A DNA stretch of 64,000 bases from Candidatus Paceibacter sp. (GCA_020724905.1 DYGB01000001.1:65866-129865), one strand, 5' to 3'. Positions 19,347-29,077 are shown, counted from the first letter of the stretch. Numbers and translations are program-made. The notes: generated by a model from the letters alone, not told the origin.

Positions 19347-19619
19347 ATGGAAAATAACAAAGAGAAGGAATTCCTTTCAACAATAGAAGTAGCTCAATTA
19401 CTTGGCATCAGCAGAATTGCTGTTTTTAAGCGTATCAAAAAAGGAACCCTCCCTGCTCAAAAAATAGGAGAACAATATGTTATTGCAAAAAAAGATCTTA
19501 ACTTAGAAAAACTCCACAGCCCCCTCTCTCAGAAAAGAAAAGATGAATTAAAAAAAAGTATTTCACATATCTTAGAACGATATGAAGAGGCATTTAAACT
19601 TCTTGGGAAAACAGAGTAA
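19347..19619 (+). CDS. Excisionase/MerR-type helix-turn-helix DNA-binding protein; putative antitoxin of the Doc module
   Basis: STIEVAQLLGISRIAVFKRIKKGTLPAQKIG is an excisionase-family HTH. Its stop overlaps the doc start (TAATG). Confidence 0.7.
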   Translation: MENNKEKEFLSTIEVAQLLGISRIAVFKRIKKGTLPAQKIGEQYVIAKKDLNLEKLHSPLSQKRKDELKKSISHILERYEEAFKLLGKTE

Positions 19620-20044
19620 TGAAAAAAGTAGTATACCTCACAATCAAAGAGATTGAATTTTCTGCCTATGAACTTGCAGTACAACTCCTCACAGGGAGCG
19701 AACCGATACCACCGTTCTCAACTCGATATCCTGAAGTTCTCGAGCGATGCGTATATAGCCCACAACAAACATTTGATAAGAAGGATATGTATCCAACGCT
19801 GTATAAAAAAGCGTCAATTCTTTTTTATACACTTATCAAGAATCATCCTTTCAAAAACGGTAATAAACGAATAGCTCTTACATCACTCATTCTTTTTCTA
19901 GAAAAAAATGGATATACTATTACCATAGATTCAGTGCGCATTTACCGCTTCACTCTCTGGATAGCAGAAAGTGATGCAAGTTTAAAAAGTTCAGTACTAG
20001 AGATAATAGAAGAATTTATTAAAAAATACTCAACAAAACTATGA
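19619..20044 (+). CDS. doc: Doc (death-on-curing) toxin, Fic/Doc family kinase
   Basis: Fic/Doc motif HPFKNGNKRIAL (HxFx[D/N]GNKR) at the expected position. At 141 aa it is the typical Doc size. Confidence 0.8.
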   Translation: MKKVVYLTIKEIEFSAYELAVQLLTGSEPIPPFSTRYPEVLERCVYSPQQTFDKKDMYPTLYKKASILFYTLIKNHPFKNGNKRIALTSLILFLEKNGYTITIDSVRIYRFTLWIAESDASLKSSVLEIIEEFIKKYSTKL

Positions 20045-20961
20045 TTGAAATATATAAAAAAACACTACGAGATACAGAACTCAAAAAAAGAGAGTCATTT
20101 GATAAGGGGTCATGGGTGTTAGTGACAAATCCAGATGATGAAGAAATACAAGTACTCACCGAGGAGTTAGGCCTTGAGAGGGGACATATTCTTGATGCTC
20201 TGGATATTCATGAGTCTCCTCGTTTTGAAGCAGAAAAACATGGTCTTTACATCTTCCTTCGTTTCCCCTACACAGAAGCAGGGATGATTCATACCATGCC
20301 AGCTCTTTTTGTTATCACCGATGATATGCTTATTACTATTGTAAAAGATCAACGACTCCTCTTTGAAGACTTCCTCACAGAAAAGGCGCTTTTCTATACC
20401 ACCCAACGACAAAAAACAGCACTCTTTATGTTTCTTAAAATTAGTCTCCTATACAGACGTCATCTACAAAAGATAAATAAAGAACTTCGTTCAAAGAGAA
20501 ACAAGCTTGAAGAAATTAACGATAACGATATTAAACGATTCGTCCAATGGGAAGAAATATTAAATGACTTTATTACCTCAGTAGTACCTGCAAGTAATAT
20601 CTATCGAACTATTTTGAGTGGAAAATATATTACTTTCTTTAAAGAAGATGAGGATATCATTGAGGACTTGCTTCTCAGTAACGATGAGACCATCGATATC
20701 TGTAAAACAAATATCAAAACTATTGTAAACATTCGAGAAGCCTACTCTACCGTTGTTGCAAATAATCTTAACCGTACGGTAAAGTTCTTAACTGCAATAA
20801 CGATTATTCTGACCCTTCCAACGATGATCGCAAGTATCTATGGTATGAATATAGAATTACCTTTCCAAGGGCATCCCCTTGCCTTTCCTATGGTAATAGG
20901 AATTATCTTTCTTGTTGCTATCATTGCCCTTCTTTTGTTTCAAAAGAAAAAATGGCTCTAA
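20041..20961 (+). CDS. corA: CorA-family Mg2+/Co2+ transporter
   Basis: Two C-terminal TM helices flank the signature loop YGMNIELP (GMN motif). At 306 aa it is the typical CorA size. The start overlaps the doc stop (ATGA). Confidence 0.8.
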   Translation: MIEIYKKTLRDTELKKRESFDKGSWVLVTNPDDEEIQVLTEELGLERGHILDALDIHESPRFEAEKHGLYIFLRFPYTEAGMIHTMPALFVITDDMLITIVKDQRLLFEDFLTEKALFYTTQRQKTALFMFLKISLLYRRHLQKINKELRSKRNKLEEINDNDIKRFVQWEEILNDFITSVVPASNIYRTILSGKYITFFKEDEDIIEDLLLSNDETIDICKTNIKTIVNIREAYSTVVANNLNRTVKFLTAITIILTLPTMIASIYGMNIELPFQGHPLAFPMVIGIIFLVAIIALLLFQKKKWL

Positions 20962-20993
20962 AAAAAGACGACTATATACATAATAGTCGTCTG
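20961..20993 (-). terminator. Rho-independent terminator for the minus-strand gene 21029..21748 (also sits directly after the corA stop)
   Basis: AGACGACTAT-ATACATA-ATAGTCGTCT is a perfect 10-bp stem preceded by AAAAAA on the plus strand, which reads as a T-run on the minus strand. Confidence 0.55.
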
Positions 20994-21028
20994 TAGTAAA
21001 ACCAACCGAGGGCCAAGAGCAAAGGGAC

Positions 21029-21748
21029 CTAGTGCCGACCGCGGCACGAGGGAGACCCCCACCCGTCCCCGCCATCCTCGAAGTCGCTCCAGTAGAGCCC
21101 GGGCAACTCATCGCCATGCAGGCAGACATGGGGAACGCCACCCAGATAGCGGGATCCGGTACAGTCGAGATAGTGATCACTCAACACATTGGTATGAAGA
21201 GCAAGAGCAATACATTCCTCTACAACAAGGGGGAGACGATTATCTTTCTGCATTGCTTCTTCTGCTTTTCGAGGTGAATACCCACGGTATACCGTACCGT
21301 CTTCGACATCAAAAATGGCATATGGTTCTGAAGGAGTAGATACAATGTTGTTAATATCACCAACATCAAAATATGCACACCCCTTATTACCTTTGTACAC
21401 CAATGTTTTCATCTGGGCATCAAAACCCCATTGTTGTTTAGGAACAACAATAAGAAAAGGAATGTGATGATCAGGAATATCCATACCAATAGCTGTTCTG
21501 ATCGTTTCGTCTTTCTTTTTTACAATCTGATCAAGTACAGATTGTGGGCAATCAATATGTGAAAGCGTCTCAACCTGTTTGTCCCAGAGCGAAACATACA
21601 ATGCCTCTCGTTCACCCTTTCGTGTTTGTGCTTCTTTCTTTGCTTTTCGAAATACATCAGATACATCAGCAAGAGTACACTGTGTATGAAGATAAATACG
21701 TACAAGTACCTTCTTTAGCTCATCAACATATGTTTTAGGTAATGCCAT
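21029..21748 (-). CDS. Hypothetical protein (239 aa), unknown function, with a GC-rich 3-prime coding tail
   Basis: Long ORF with SD-like context. I recognise no domain. The last ~50 codons lie in a ~60% GC patch, unlike the rest of the window. Confidence 0.45.
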   Translation of the reverse strand: MALPKTYVDELKKVLVRIYLHTQCTLADVSDVFRKAKKEAQTRKGEREALYVSLWDKQVETLSHIDCPQSVLDQIVKKKDETIRTAIGMDIPDHHIPFLIVVPKQQWGFDAQMKTLVYKGNKGCAYFDVGDINNIVSTPSEPYAIFDVEDGTVYRGYSPRKAEEAMQKDNRLPLVVEECIALALHTNVLSDHYLDCTGSRYLGGVPHVCLHGDELPGLYWSDFEDGGDGWGSPSCRGRH

Positions 21749-21988
21749 GAGAAACCTCCTTTGGGTTAGTTACTATATAATTATTTATCAAACTTCTGCC
21801 AACAGAATACCATATAGATGTATATATGTCAATATAGTTGGGTAATGTGCAAAGACATATGGCACTTTCTAGTATCATTACGCATACCCTAAGAACGCTA
21901 TGTGTGTTTATATATTACCAATTAATCTTTACAGATACACCTCTTTGTTGTATCGTCTAGTTAGCTCATACACAACTAAGGAGGACAC

Positions 21989-22519
21989 ATGCAATTTTTA
22001 AAGGAGGAACTCATTGCTCTACTCAAGGATCTCTTTGCAGGGGTATTGGTAATAGCTATCGTTATTATCGTCTACACAGTCACCGCCATTCCCCTTGATT
22101 TCTTTTCTCACGTCTTTGTATTTGTTTCGGATAACTTCTTTATACAAACAGGGGTAGGAATTGGTATTACTATCCTGATAGGGATAGGAACACGAAAACT
22201 TCCTATGTTTAAGAAGTTTAAGTGGCTCGAAAGAGTTGTCCCAACAAAAGCATTGAAAAAACCTGAAATTCGTATTCCCACAAACGTACCAGGAGTATAT
22301 GATCTTCGCATAGAACTGCGAAGAACAGATACATTCATTGAAACCGGTATTGCATCAGGAAGTCTTATCTCCTATACAATACTGCAAGATAAGATTATCT
22401 ATACAGATAATCCTGAACTCATGGGGATTACTTATACAGGAAGAAACGCCGGGGACGTATTGCGTTCCATGGCAACGATAGGAATTGCAACAGGACAAAA
22501 AAATAAGGCCGACATATAG
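21989..22519 (+). CDS. Hypothetical membrane protein (2 N-terminal TM helices plus a soluble C-terminal domain)
   Basis: Strong SD (AAGGAGGA) 6 nt upstream of the ATG. 176 aa. Confidence 0.45.
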   Translation: MQFLKEELIALLKDLFAGVLVIAIVIIVYTVTAIPLDFFSHVFVFVSDNFFIQTGVGIGITILIGIGTRKLPMFKKFKWLERVVPTKALKKPEIRIPTNVPGVYDLRIELRRTDTFIETGIASGSLISYTILQDKIIYTDNPELMGITYTGRNAGDVLRSMATIGIATGQKNKADI

Positions 22520-22535
22520 TCGGCCCTTTTATTTA
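22505..22535. terminator. Bidirectional rho-independent terminator between convergent genes
   Basis: GGCCGAC-ATATA-GTCGGCC followed by CTTTTATTT on the plus strand and TTATTTTTT on the minus strand. Confidence 0.6.
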
Positions 22536-24071
22536 TAACAATTGATACTGATCAGAAGCGGTACGTCTTTTACGAGAAGTTTGTTTTCGTTTCTCTACAG
22601 GCATACCAAGAGACGCCCTCATTGTCTCAACTCCTCTCCGAGAAGCATGAAACATACTCATATCAAGCGGATGATCCAAGATAATATAATCAATAGCACC
22701 ATATCCAACACGTCCAGTACGACCTCCTCTTTGGATACGAGAAATTTCAGTTAAGGGCATTGAGTAGTTGATGATATACCCAACTTCAGGAACAGAGACT
22801 CCTTCCTCAATTACAGAAGTTGCGATGAGAACATCAATGTCTCTGTGAGCAAGTTGCCCCAAAAGAAAATGTTGTTGCTTCACACTGGTAGCACCAGTAA
22901 TAACTTCAACACGTTTCCCTTCGGCAGTAGCGATGTCCTTAAGTCTGTACCCAGTCACTTTATTATTCACAAATACAATTCCTACAATTCCTGCAACATA
23001 CCCTTTTCTCATTAGGTAAGCAAATCGCTCTACCTTTGGATGTGTGGATTCATCACAGTTCCGTATATAAGAAATAACATGAGCTACAGTAGCATGGTTT
23101 TTGAGAAACATGCCTGATTTTGACCTATCAGCAGCTAACGTTCCATCCCAATATGACAATACTGATGTATATGTTTCAGTAAGGGCTGTTTTGAGAATGT
23201 GGGTAAGTTTTTGATACAGGGCAATGTAGTACTGAGCTTTGTAGTATACATACTTCCCCATCTTCTTTGCTGTCTTTTGAAGTATTGTGATTTCTTTATA
23301 TGTCAGATATCCAGAAGAACGGAAGCATGAACGAAATCCAAGATTCCCCAGACTCACTAAAACTCCACCCATGACAGAAAGAAGTTGTTTTTCGATATAG
23401 AGAAGTTCTTTGCTCAGAGGAACAGTATAGGGATAAGAAAAACGTTTCTTTTCTTGTTCAGGATTAGGAACAACAAGAAGATTATCGATATGAGAACGCT
23501 TCTTGAGTTGCTCTATATCCTCTACCGTTTTCCCAGGAGATGCAGAAAGCCCTAAAAGAGGAATCTCGTGAAGTGATGCAAGATGTTCACAAAATACATA
23601 TGCATAGTTCCCCACACTCTTGTGAAATTCATCAATGATAATGAGATCAAAATCCATTGAAACCTTCCACCGATTATAATCAGCAAGAAATGTTTGTGGA
23701 GTACTAAAAGTGTAAAACGTTTCATTCCACTGACGTCTCTTCCACTCAGTATCTCCAAGAATAATCTGATAGGAGTACGTATCTGCCCCCATCGCTAAAA
23801 AGAGTTCTTTATGTTGAGAAGCAAGTACTTTTTCTGGGACAAGGAAAAGGACACGAGAAAATCGAGCAATTGAAACTAAGTGAGCAATAATCGTCTTTCC
23901 TGCTCCTGTTTCAGCGACAATTCCCACATTTCCCCCATGTAGGCCCTCAAGAACCTTGTAAGACCATTGATACCAAAATGGAAGGTATCGCTTCTGCGTA
24001 GAAGAAAATCCTCCATATGAAAGCCGAGACCACAGTGTCCTATAGACTGATGTGTTATCTAGGTAGTTCAT
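22533..24071 (-). CDS. Superfamily-2 DEAD/DEAH-box helicase (Hef/RIG-I-like two-RecA core), standalone
   Basis: Motif I AETGAGKT, motif II IIIDEFH, motif III LGLSASP and motif VI QRGGRTGR. 512 aa with no accessory nuclease domain. Confidence 0.8.
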   Translation of the reverse strand: MNYLDNTSVYRTLWSRLSYGGFSSTQKRYLPFWYQWSYKVLEGLHGGNVGIVAETGAGKTIIAHLVSIARFSRVLFLVPEKVLASQHKELFLAMGADTYSYQIILGDTEWKRRQWNETFYTFSTPQTFLADYNRWKVSMDFDLIIIDEFHKSVGNYAYVFCEHLASLHEIPLLGLSASPGKTVEDIEQLKKRSHIDNLLVVPNPEQEKKRFSYPYTVPLSKELLYIEKQLLSVMGGVLVSLGNLGFRSCFRSSGYLTYKEITILQKTAKKMGKYVYYKAQYYIALYQKLTHILKTALTETYTSVLSYWDGTLAADRSKSGMFLKNHATVAHVISYIRNCDESTHPKVERFAYLMRKGYVAGIVGIVFVNNKVTGYRLKDIATAEGKRVEVITGATSVKQQHFLLGQLAHRDIDVLIATSVIEEGVSVPEVGYIINYSMPLTEISRIQRGGRTGRVGYGAIDYIILDHPLDMSMFHASRRGVETMRASLGMPVEKRKQTSRKRRTASDQYQLL

Positions 24072-24208
24072 ACCTATACCTCATATATTGTTATCAAATT
24101 AACTATTTATGATAGTATCTATTTTTGTAAAAGAGGTCAATTGATTGACAGAGGTCATTATTTATAGTATTCTCTTTCCTAGTACTCAACAATTAAAAGG
24201 GAGTTGTT

Positions 24209-24682
24209 ATGAACTTAACATTGTTTGGAAGAAACTCATTTATATTTGCCGTTATGTTTTCCTGCATCGTTATTGCAGGTGGATTATTTCTACCTATGAA
24301 ACATATGCAGGCAGATATGAACTTCCTCACGATAGTAACAATTATTCTTTTTCTTTTTATTATCCCTATCGCATTCTGGAAATTGATGGTGGGACCAAAA
24401 GGAGAAGAGTTTATAATTATTAGTGGACTTTCGACTATCGCAGGGTATGGGATAGTCCAGTTCTTTTCTGCCACAGGAGATCTCTCTCTTGTATCAGGAG
24501 CCATGTGTGTTATTGCACTCATACTTCTTTTTTTAACATCAAGAGGTATTGCAGAACAGAAGGGACACTTCGAAAAAGAAGTTGAACACATCAAGAAATT
24601 CTTCTTCGGGCAGGAAGTTTTCATTATGCTGCTTCAAATAGTTGTTGCCGTTGTATTCCTCTATATATCAGGAGGTCTCTAA
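24209..24682 (+). CDS. Hypothetical 4-TM membrane protein
   Basis: 157-aa hydrophobic ORF. Its stop overlaps the start of the next membrane-protein ORF. Confidence 0.4.
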   Translation: MNLTLFGRNSFIFAVMFSCIVIAGGLFLPMKHMQADMNFLTIVTIILFLFIIPIAFWKLMVGPKGEEFIIISGLSTIAGYGIVQFFSATGDLSLVSGAMCVIALILLFLTSRGIAEQKGHFEKEVEHIKKFFFGQEVFIMLLQIVVAVVFLYISGGL

Positions 24683-25152
24683 TGAAATACTTCGCACATG
24701 CATTCCTCCTCTGTGGATACACAGGAGTTTTTGCTCTCGGATCCATCTTAATCTTTCCCATGTTTGGAGGAGATGTGACAGAGTTTTCCATTCTTATGGG
24801 AGAGCTAGCCGGACTTACACTCTGGACCCTCTATCTGGTACGAGAAGCTGATATTGGAACTGAAAAACTTATTGTATATCCACTCATAACATCAGCATAT
24901 GCTGGACTCCTTGTCGCATATAGTTGGCTGCAGTATGGTAAAGCCGCCATGCTATATGAAAGTGCCGGATGGATACTTCTTGCAGGAGCAATCCTACGAC
25001 TCATCTCTATCTGGTGGGGTGGAAGAGATGATACATTTACTCCCCCAGCATTCGTTATTGTTGTATGGGTAATGATATCTGTTGGAGTTTCGACTCTAAC
25101 AGCATACATCCCCCACCTGCTCTATGATGCAGTGACGACACCATTACCATAA
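24682..25152 (+). CDS. Hypothetical 4-TM membrane protein
   Basis: 156-aa hydrophobic ORF translationally coupled to the upstream ORF. Confidence 0.4.
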   Translation: MKYFAHAFLLCGYTGVFALGSILIFPMFGGDVTEFSILMGELAGLTLWTLYLVREADIGTEKLIVYPLITSAYAGLLVAYSWLQYGKAAMLYESAGWILLAGAILRLISIWWGGRDDTFTPPAFVIVVWVMISVGVSTLTAYIPHLLYDAVTTPLP

Positions 25153-25312
25153 CTGTTCTTTGAAATCATGGGTGAGAGATATATCTGAACGACAATATTC
25201 TCATGCACAGCATGAAATGAGGGAGATAACTTCGGAAAGCTCTCCCTCCTAGGGAATACTGAACACTCTCACAGTGAGAATCTGTATACAATACAGTTTC
25301 TAAAAAGGACTC

Positions 25313-26782
25313 CTACACGGAGTCCTTATTTTTTTGAAATAATTTTCGAGCAATAATGCCAAGGCTCTCTTCCTTAAGAAGAACCAGAGAAGTAAAATAC
25401 ACAACCATACCCAGAACAAGAATGAGATAAATATTTACCCCAACAAATCGAAGCCCCACAAGCACAAGGGCCATGACTGTTGTTGCAATAACAATCTTTC
25501 CTATCTGATGAAATACTTTAAAATCAAGTTCTTTTTTAAGCTGAGCGAGGAGATAAAGAGCAACAATACAGAAATTAATAACTGTTGAAAGCGCTGCTCC
25601 CTCAATACCAAATACAGGAATCAAAAGAAGGTTAAAAAGAAGATTCCCTCCAATACCTAAAAATACATACCCTAGTAACTTCTTTTCTTTATTCATAGAA
25701 AAGAGAGTATTGGAGAACAATGCCATAAGAAAAAGAGGAAGATATGAAAAGTTAAGAATGCGGAATGCTTCAACAGCAGGTATATAACTACTACCATATA
25801 ACAGATCTATAATTTCCCAGGAGAGAATAGCGGCTCCAACAGTGATAGGAACAGCAATAAGAGTAGAAATAGAAAGCCCCTTCTCAACCAATGCTTTTAG
25901 CATTCCTCTGTCCTTATTAAAACGAGTCATAGAGGGGAAGAATGCAACTGCCAAAACACCAGGGAAAATAAATACAAATCCCCAGATTCGCTGAATAGCC
26001 CCATAATATCCTACATCAGCAAGAGTCCCAAACCACTTCACCATAACCGTATCCATATTCATTAATATCACCCACATAAGCCCCACCATTCCAACAGAAA
26101 AACTTGTCTTTAAGATATTTTTCAACAAACTAAATGAGAATAATTCTTTTACCCGAGTAAAATGTTTACGATAGGGAAGAAATGCTATTACCATCCCTAT
26201 TCCTGTCCCAATAACATATCCCCACGCAAGAGAAAGAGGGGTCGCTGAAATTAAAAGGGCTCCTATCCCTATTCCTGCAATAAGAACGTTAGTGATAATC
26301 TGTACACCAGATTCTATATGCATCTTGTCCCATATACGAGACAGAGCAGCAAAGAAATCTCTAAATCCATCAAATCCAAGCATAATAATCACCAGAGGAA
26401 GAAGGATGGCTACCTTCTCTTCAAATACATCTGTAAGAGAAATAATTCCCATACCAAAAGCAATCACAAGAAATATCATTCCTTTCCCAACAAGTGCTGT
26501 TGAGAAATATTTTTCTCTCACTGTTTCATCTTTTACAGATTCCCGAGTAACCGTTGCGGTAATACCAAAATCCATAAAAATAGTAAGAAGCGTTGCAAAA
26601 GAAAATGCATATGAAAACACTCCCCATTCTTCAACGCCCAAAACTCGAGCTGCATAGACAATAAGAACAGCTCGTATCACACGAGAAATAATATGACCAG
26701 AAAACAGCCAAAATGAATTTTTAGCAACTGTTTGCTGTGTAGATGAATTCTTAAAAAGAAAGTTTTTTACCCTCTCAGTCAT
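25313..26782 (-). CDS. Oligosaccharide/polysaccharide flippase (Wzx-like, MOP superfamily)
   Basis: 489 aa with about 12-14 TM helices and a Polysacc_synt-like N-terminal region. Sits next to glycosyltransferases. Confidence 0.75.
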   Translation of the reverse strand: MTERVKNFLFKNSSTQQTVAKNSFWLFSGHIISRVIRAVLIVYAARVLGVEEWGVFSYAFSFATLLTIFMDFGITATVTRESVKDETVREKYFSTALVGKGMIFLVIAFGMGIISLTDVFEEKVAILLPLVIIMLGFDGFRDFFAALSRIWDKMHIESGVQIITNVLIAGIGIGALLISATPLSLAWGYVIGTGIGMVIAFLPYRKHFTRVKELFSFSLLKNILKTSFSVGMVGLMWVILMNMDTVMVKWFGTLADVGYYGAIQRIWGFVFIFPGVLAVAFFPSMTRFNKDRGMLKALVEKGLSISTLIAVPITVGAAILSWEIIDLLYGSSYIPAVEAFRILNFSYLPLFLMALFSNTLFSMNKEKKLLGYVFLGIGGNLLFNLLLIPVFGIEGAALSTVINFCIVALYLLAQLKKELDFKVFHQIGKIVIATTVMALVLVGLRFVGVNIYLILVLGMVVYFTSLVLLKEESLGIIARKLFQKNKDSV

Positions 26783-26823
26783 AGTATGACTCTATCACCC
26801 CCTCTTCATTCAAGCAATATGAT

Positions 26824-27927
26824 TTATCTTTCTAGATATCTTTCAAGCTGAGAAAAGAATAATTCTTTTCTAAATCTTTTCTCTACCTCTATGAGAGCAT
26901 GCTCTGAATACTTCTGGTACATATCCCTATCTTCAAGAAGTGTCCTTATAGCATCAGAAAGGGCACCAGAGTCTTTTGGAGGGACGGTAAGTCCTGTTTT
27001 TCCATCTACACTTACCTCAGGAACTCCCGTAGGAAGAGCTGTGTTAATAACGGGCTTCCCACACGCAAGAGCTTCTATCTGCACAATACCAAATACTTCT
27101 GAGGATTCTGATGAAGGAAGTACAAATATGTCACAGGCATGATAGTAAGGAACAAGATCATCTACAGGATCGATAATATGAACTCGTTCTTCTAGGTTAT
27201 ACTTCCGTATTAATTCAGATAACTCATCTTTAAGGGGTCCATTCCCTATAATCAAAAGTTGCGCATTTACATCTTTCATCGCCTCAATGAGATATGAGAA
27301 TCCTTTGTAGTAAACAAGTCTCCCCACAGAAAGAAGGAGGGGTGTACCATATGTCTTAATAATAGCATTACTCTCCTCTTCTCTTGTAGAATCTTTCCTA
27401 AACGTATCTACATCAATTCCAAAATAAATAACTCTACACTTTTCTACAAACTGAGGAAGTATATATGAGGTCTGTAGTAACGTCTTATTTGAAACAAACA
27501 CATGTGTTGCTTTTTTTAACGTATAGCGAAGAAATGGATCAAATAACTTTCTTAGAAACTTCTGTTTTACAATATCAGAGTGATACCACACCACTACTTC
27601 TTTATCTCTTCCAAAAAGCCAGTATGCAATATAAGTAAGAGGAAAGGGGTGATGGATAAAGATAAGATCAGTTTCCTTTACTAGTTTTCTAAATAGAAAA
27701 AAGAAATCAATTGAAACAGGCATTCCTTTTACTATCCCCATGCTAGAAGCTCGATGGGTGACAACACCATCAACACCATCTTTCTTTCTTTTCCCCTGTG
27801 GCTGACAAACAAGATTAACAAGATCTATATCATCTTTTTTATTAAAATACATAGCTATATCACGAGCTATTGTTTCAATTCCTCCTATCCAAGGATAATA
27901 GAGTTTATTTATTTGAAGAATTTTCAT
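26824..27927 (-). CDS. Glycosyltransferase family 4 (GT-B, Glycos_transf_1)
   Basis: C-terminal signature EVFGIVQIEALACGKPVINTALPTGVPEVSVDGKTGLTV. Confidence 0.85.
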   Translation of the reverse strand: MKILQINKLYYPWIGGIETIARDIAMYFNKKDDIDLVNLVCQPQGKRKKDGVDGVVTHRASSMGIVKGMPVSIDFFFLFRKLVKETDLIFIHHPFPLTYIAYWLFGRDKEVVVWYHSDIVKQKFLRKLFDPFLRYTLKKATHVFVSNKTLLQTSYILPQFVEKCRVIYFGIDVDTFRKDSTREEESNAIIKTYGTPLLLSVGRLVYYKGFSYLIEAMKDVNAQLLIIGNGPLKDELSELIRKYNLEERVHIIDPVDDLVPYYHACDIFVLPSSESSEVFGIVQIEALACGKPVINTALPTGVPEVSVDGKTGLTVPPKDSGALSDAIRTLLEDRDMYQKYSEHALIEVEKRFRKELFFSQLERYLER

Positions 27928-29077
27928 GTATCTTCTTTATTATATCATCTACCGTATTACTCCTTATATCACAAATAATAACATGAGAAACGAGAGGAAT
28001 CATCGATTTAAAACGTACTAGTCCTCTTTTTGAATATGTTGGAAGATAAAAATTCTTGCAATCAATAAGACAATAGGTCTGTTTCTTTAGTATTATAGAA
28101 AGATGGGTGGGAAAAGATTCTATACCAATAACATACTGAGCATCTAGTAGTAGTCGTGCCAACTCTGGTATCGATAACTGCGTAAGAACAGAAACAGTAT
28201 TAATATCATGTGCAATCATGTTGAGCTTCTCCTCTTGATTCTTCACGCCAGCAAGATATACATGAATTCCACTCTTTGAAATTTCTTTTACTAGAGCTCT
28301 CCATTTATCTATACCCCATCCCCGATTGTTCCCAAATGTTGTAGGGGTAATGACAATATATGTGTCAACAATAGTGCCTACTGATTCAGCAATATTGAAA
28401 AAATGTGAACCCAACACTTCCTTTTTTATTCCCAAAGGAAGTAAAAGTTTATGTAAGTTTTTCCACTCTTCATTATATATATCATAGGGAACAGTTATAT
28501 CTGCCAAAAAATTTCTTTGGGACACATCAAAAGAAATTAAGACTTCAGGTTTAATAAGTTTCCATAAAATATTAGAACTTGGTGGTGAATGACGCGTATT
28601 AATAACAACATCATATTCATTATTTCTAAGAGTCTTTAATGTCCCAATATTTTCCTTAAAAATTTCCCACATTGATGTGTGTAGCTTTTTTCTCCCAGAA
28701 AGAAGCGCTCTAAGCAACAGGGAAATATCATAATACGTATATATACTACTCACACCTTTATTACCCTTTAGTACGGGGAGGGAAGATTCTTGAACAACAT
28801 AATCAATTACTGCATCTGGATATTTCTTTTTTATCGCAGTAATAAGAGTTGTTGATAATAGAACATCCCCTAATTGGTCTATCTTTACAATAAGAATCCT
28901 CTTGGGTTCTTGTTTTAAAGATTTCCCCTTCTCGAAAAGAAAAAATATAGAAAAGATAATATCAAGCAACACACTCACTAGATAATAAATGGCCTTCAAA
29001 AAACCCAGAAAACCACCTTTTAAATAAGATACCCAAAGTATAAACCAATTTTTAACTCTATTTTTGAGGTGCTCCAT
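27905..29077 (-). CDS. Glycosyltransferase family 9 (ADP-heptose:LPS heptosyltransferase-like) with an N-terminal TM helix
   Basis: ILIVKIDQLGDVLLSTTLITAIKKKYPDAVIDYVV matches the GT9 N-terminal signature KILVIR.SALGD....P....LK..YP.A.I. A hydrophobic segment precedes it. Confidence 0.65.
   Translation of the reverse strand: MEHLKNRVKNWFILWVSYLKGGFLGFLKAIYYLVSVLLDIIFSIFFLFEKGKSLKQEPKRILIVKIDQLGDVLLSTTLITAIKKKYPDAVIDYVVQESSLPVLKGNKGVSSIYTYYDISLLLRALLSGRKKLHTSMWEIFKENIGTLKTLRNNEYDVVINTRHSPPSSNILWKLIKPEVLISFDVSQRNFLADITVPYDIYNEEWKNLHKLLLPLGIKKEVLGSHFFNIAESVGTIVDTYIVITPTTFGNNRGWGIDKWRALVKEISKSGIHVYLAGVKNQEEKLNMIAHDINTVSVLTQLSIPELARLLLDAQYVIGIESFPTHLSIILKKQTYCLIDCKNFYLPTYSKRGLVRFKSMIPLVSHVIICDIRSNTVDDIIKKIHENSSNK

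Noticed and set aside
21029-24071. Hachiman-type (HamA/HamB) defence system
   Set aside because: The helicase is small (512 aa), the candidate partner is on the opposite strand and separated by another gene and terminators, and no DUF1837-like features were recognised.
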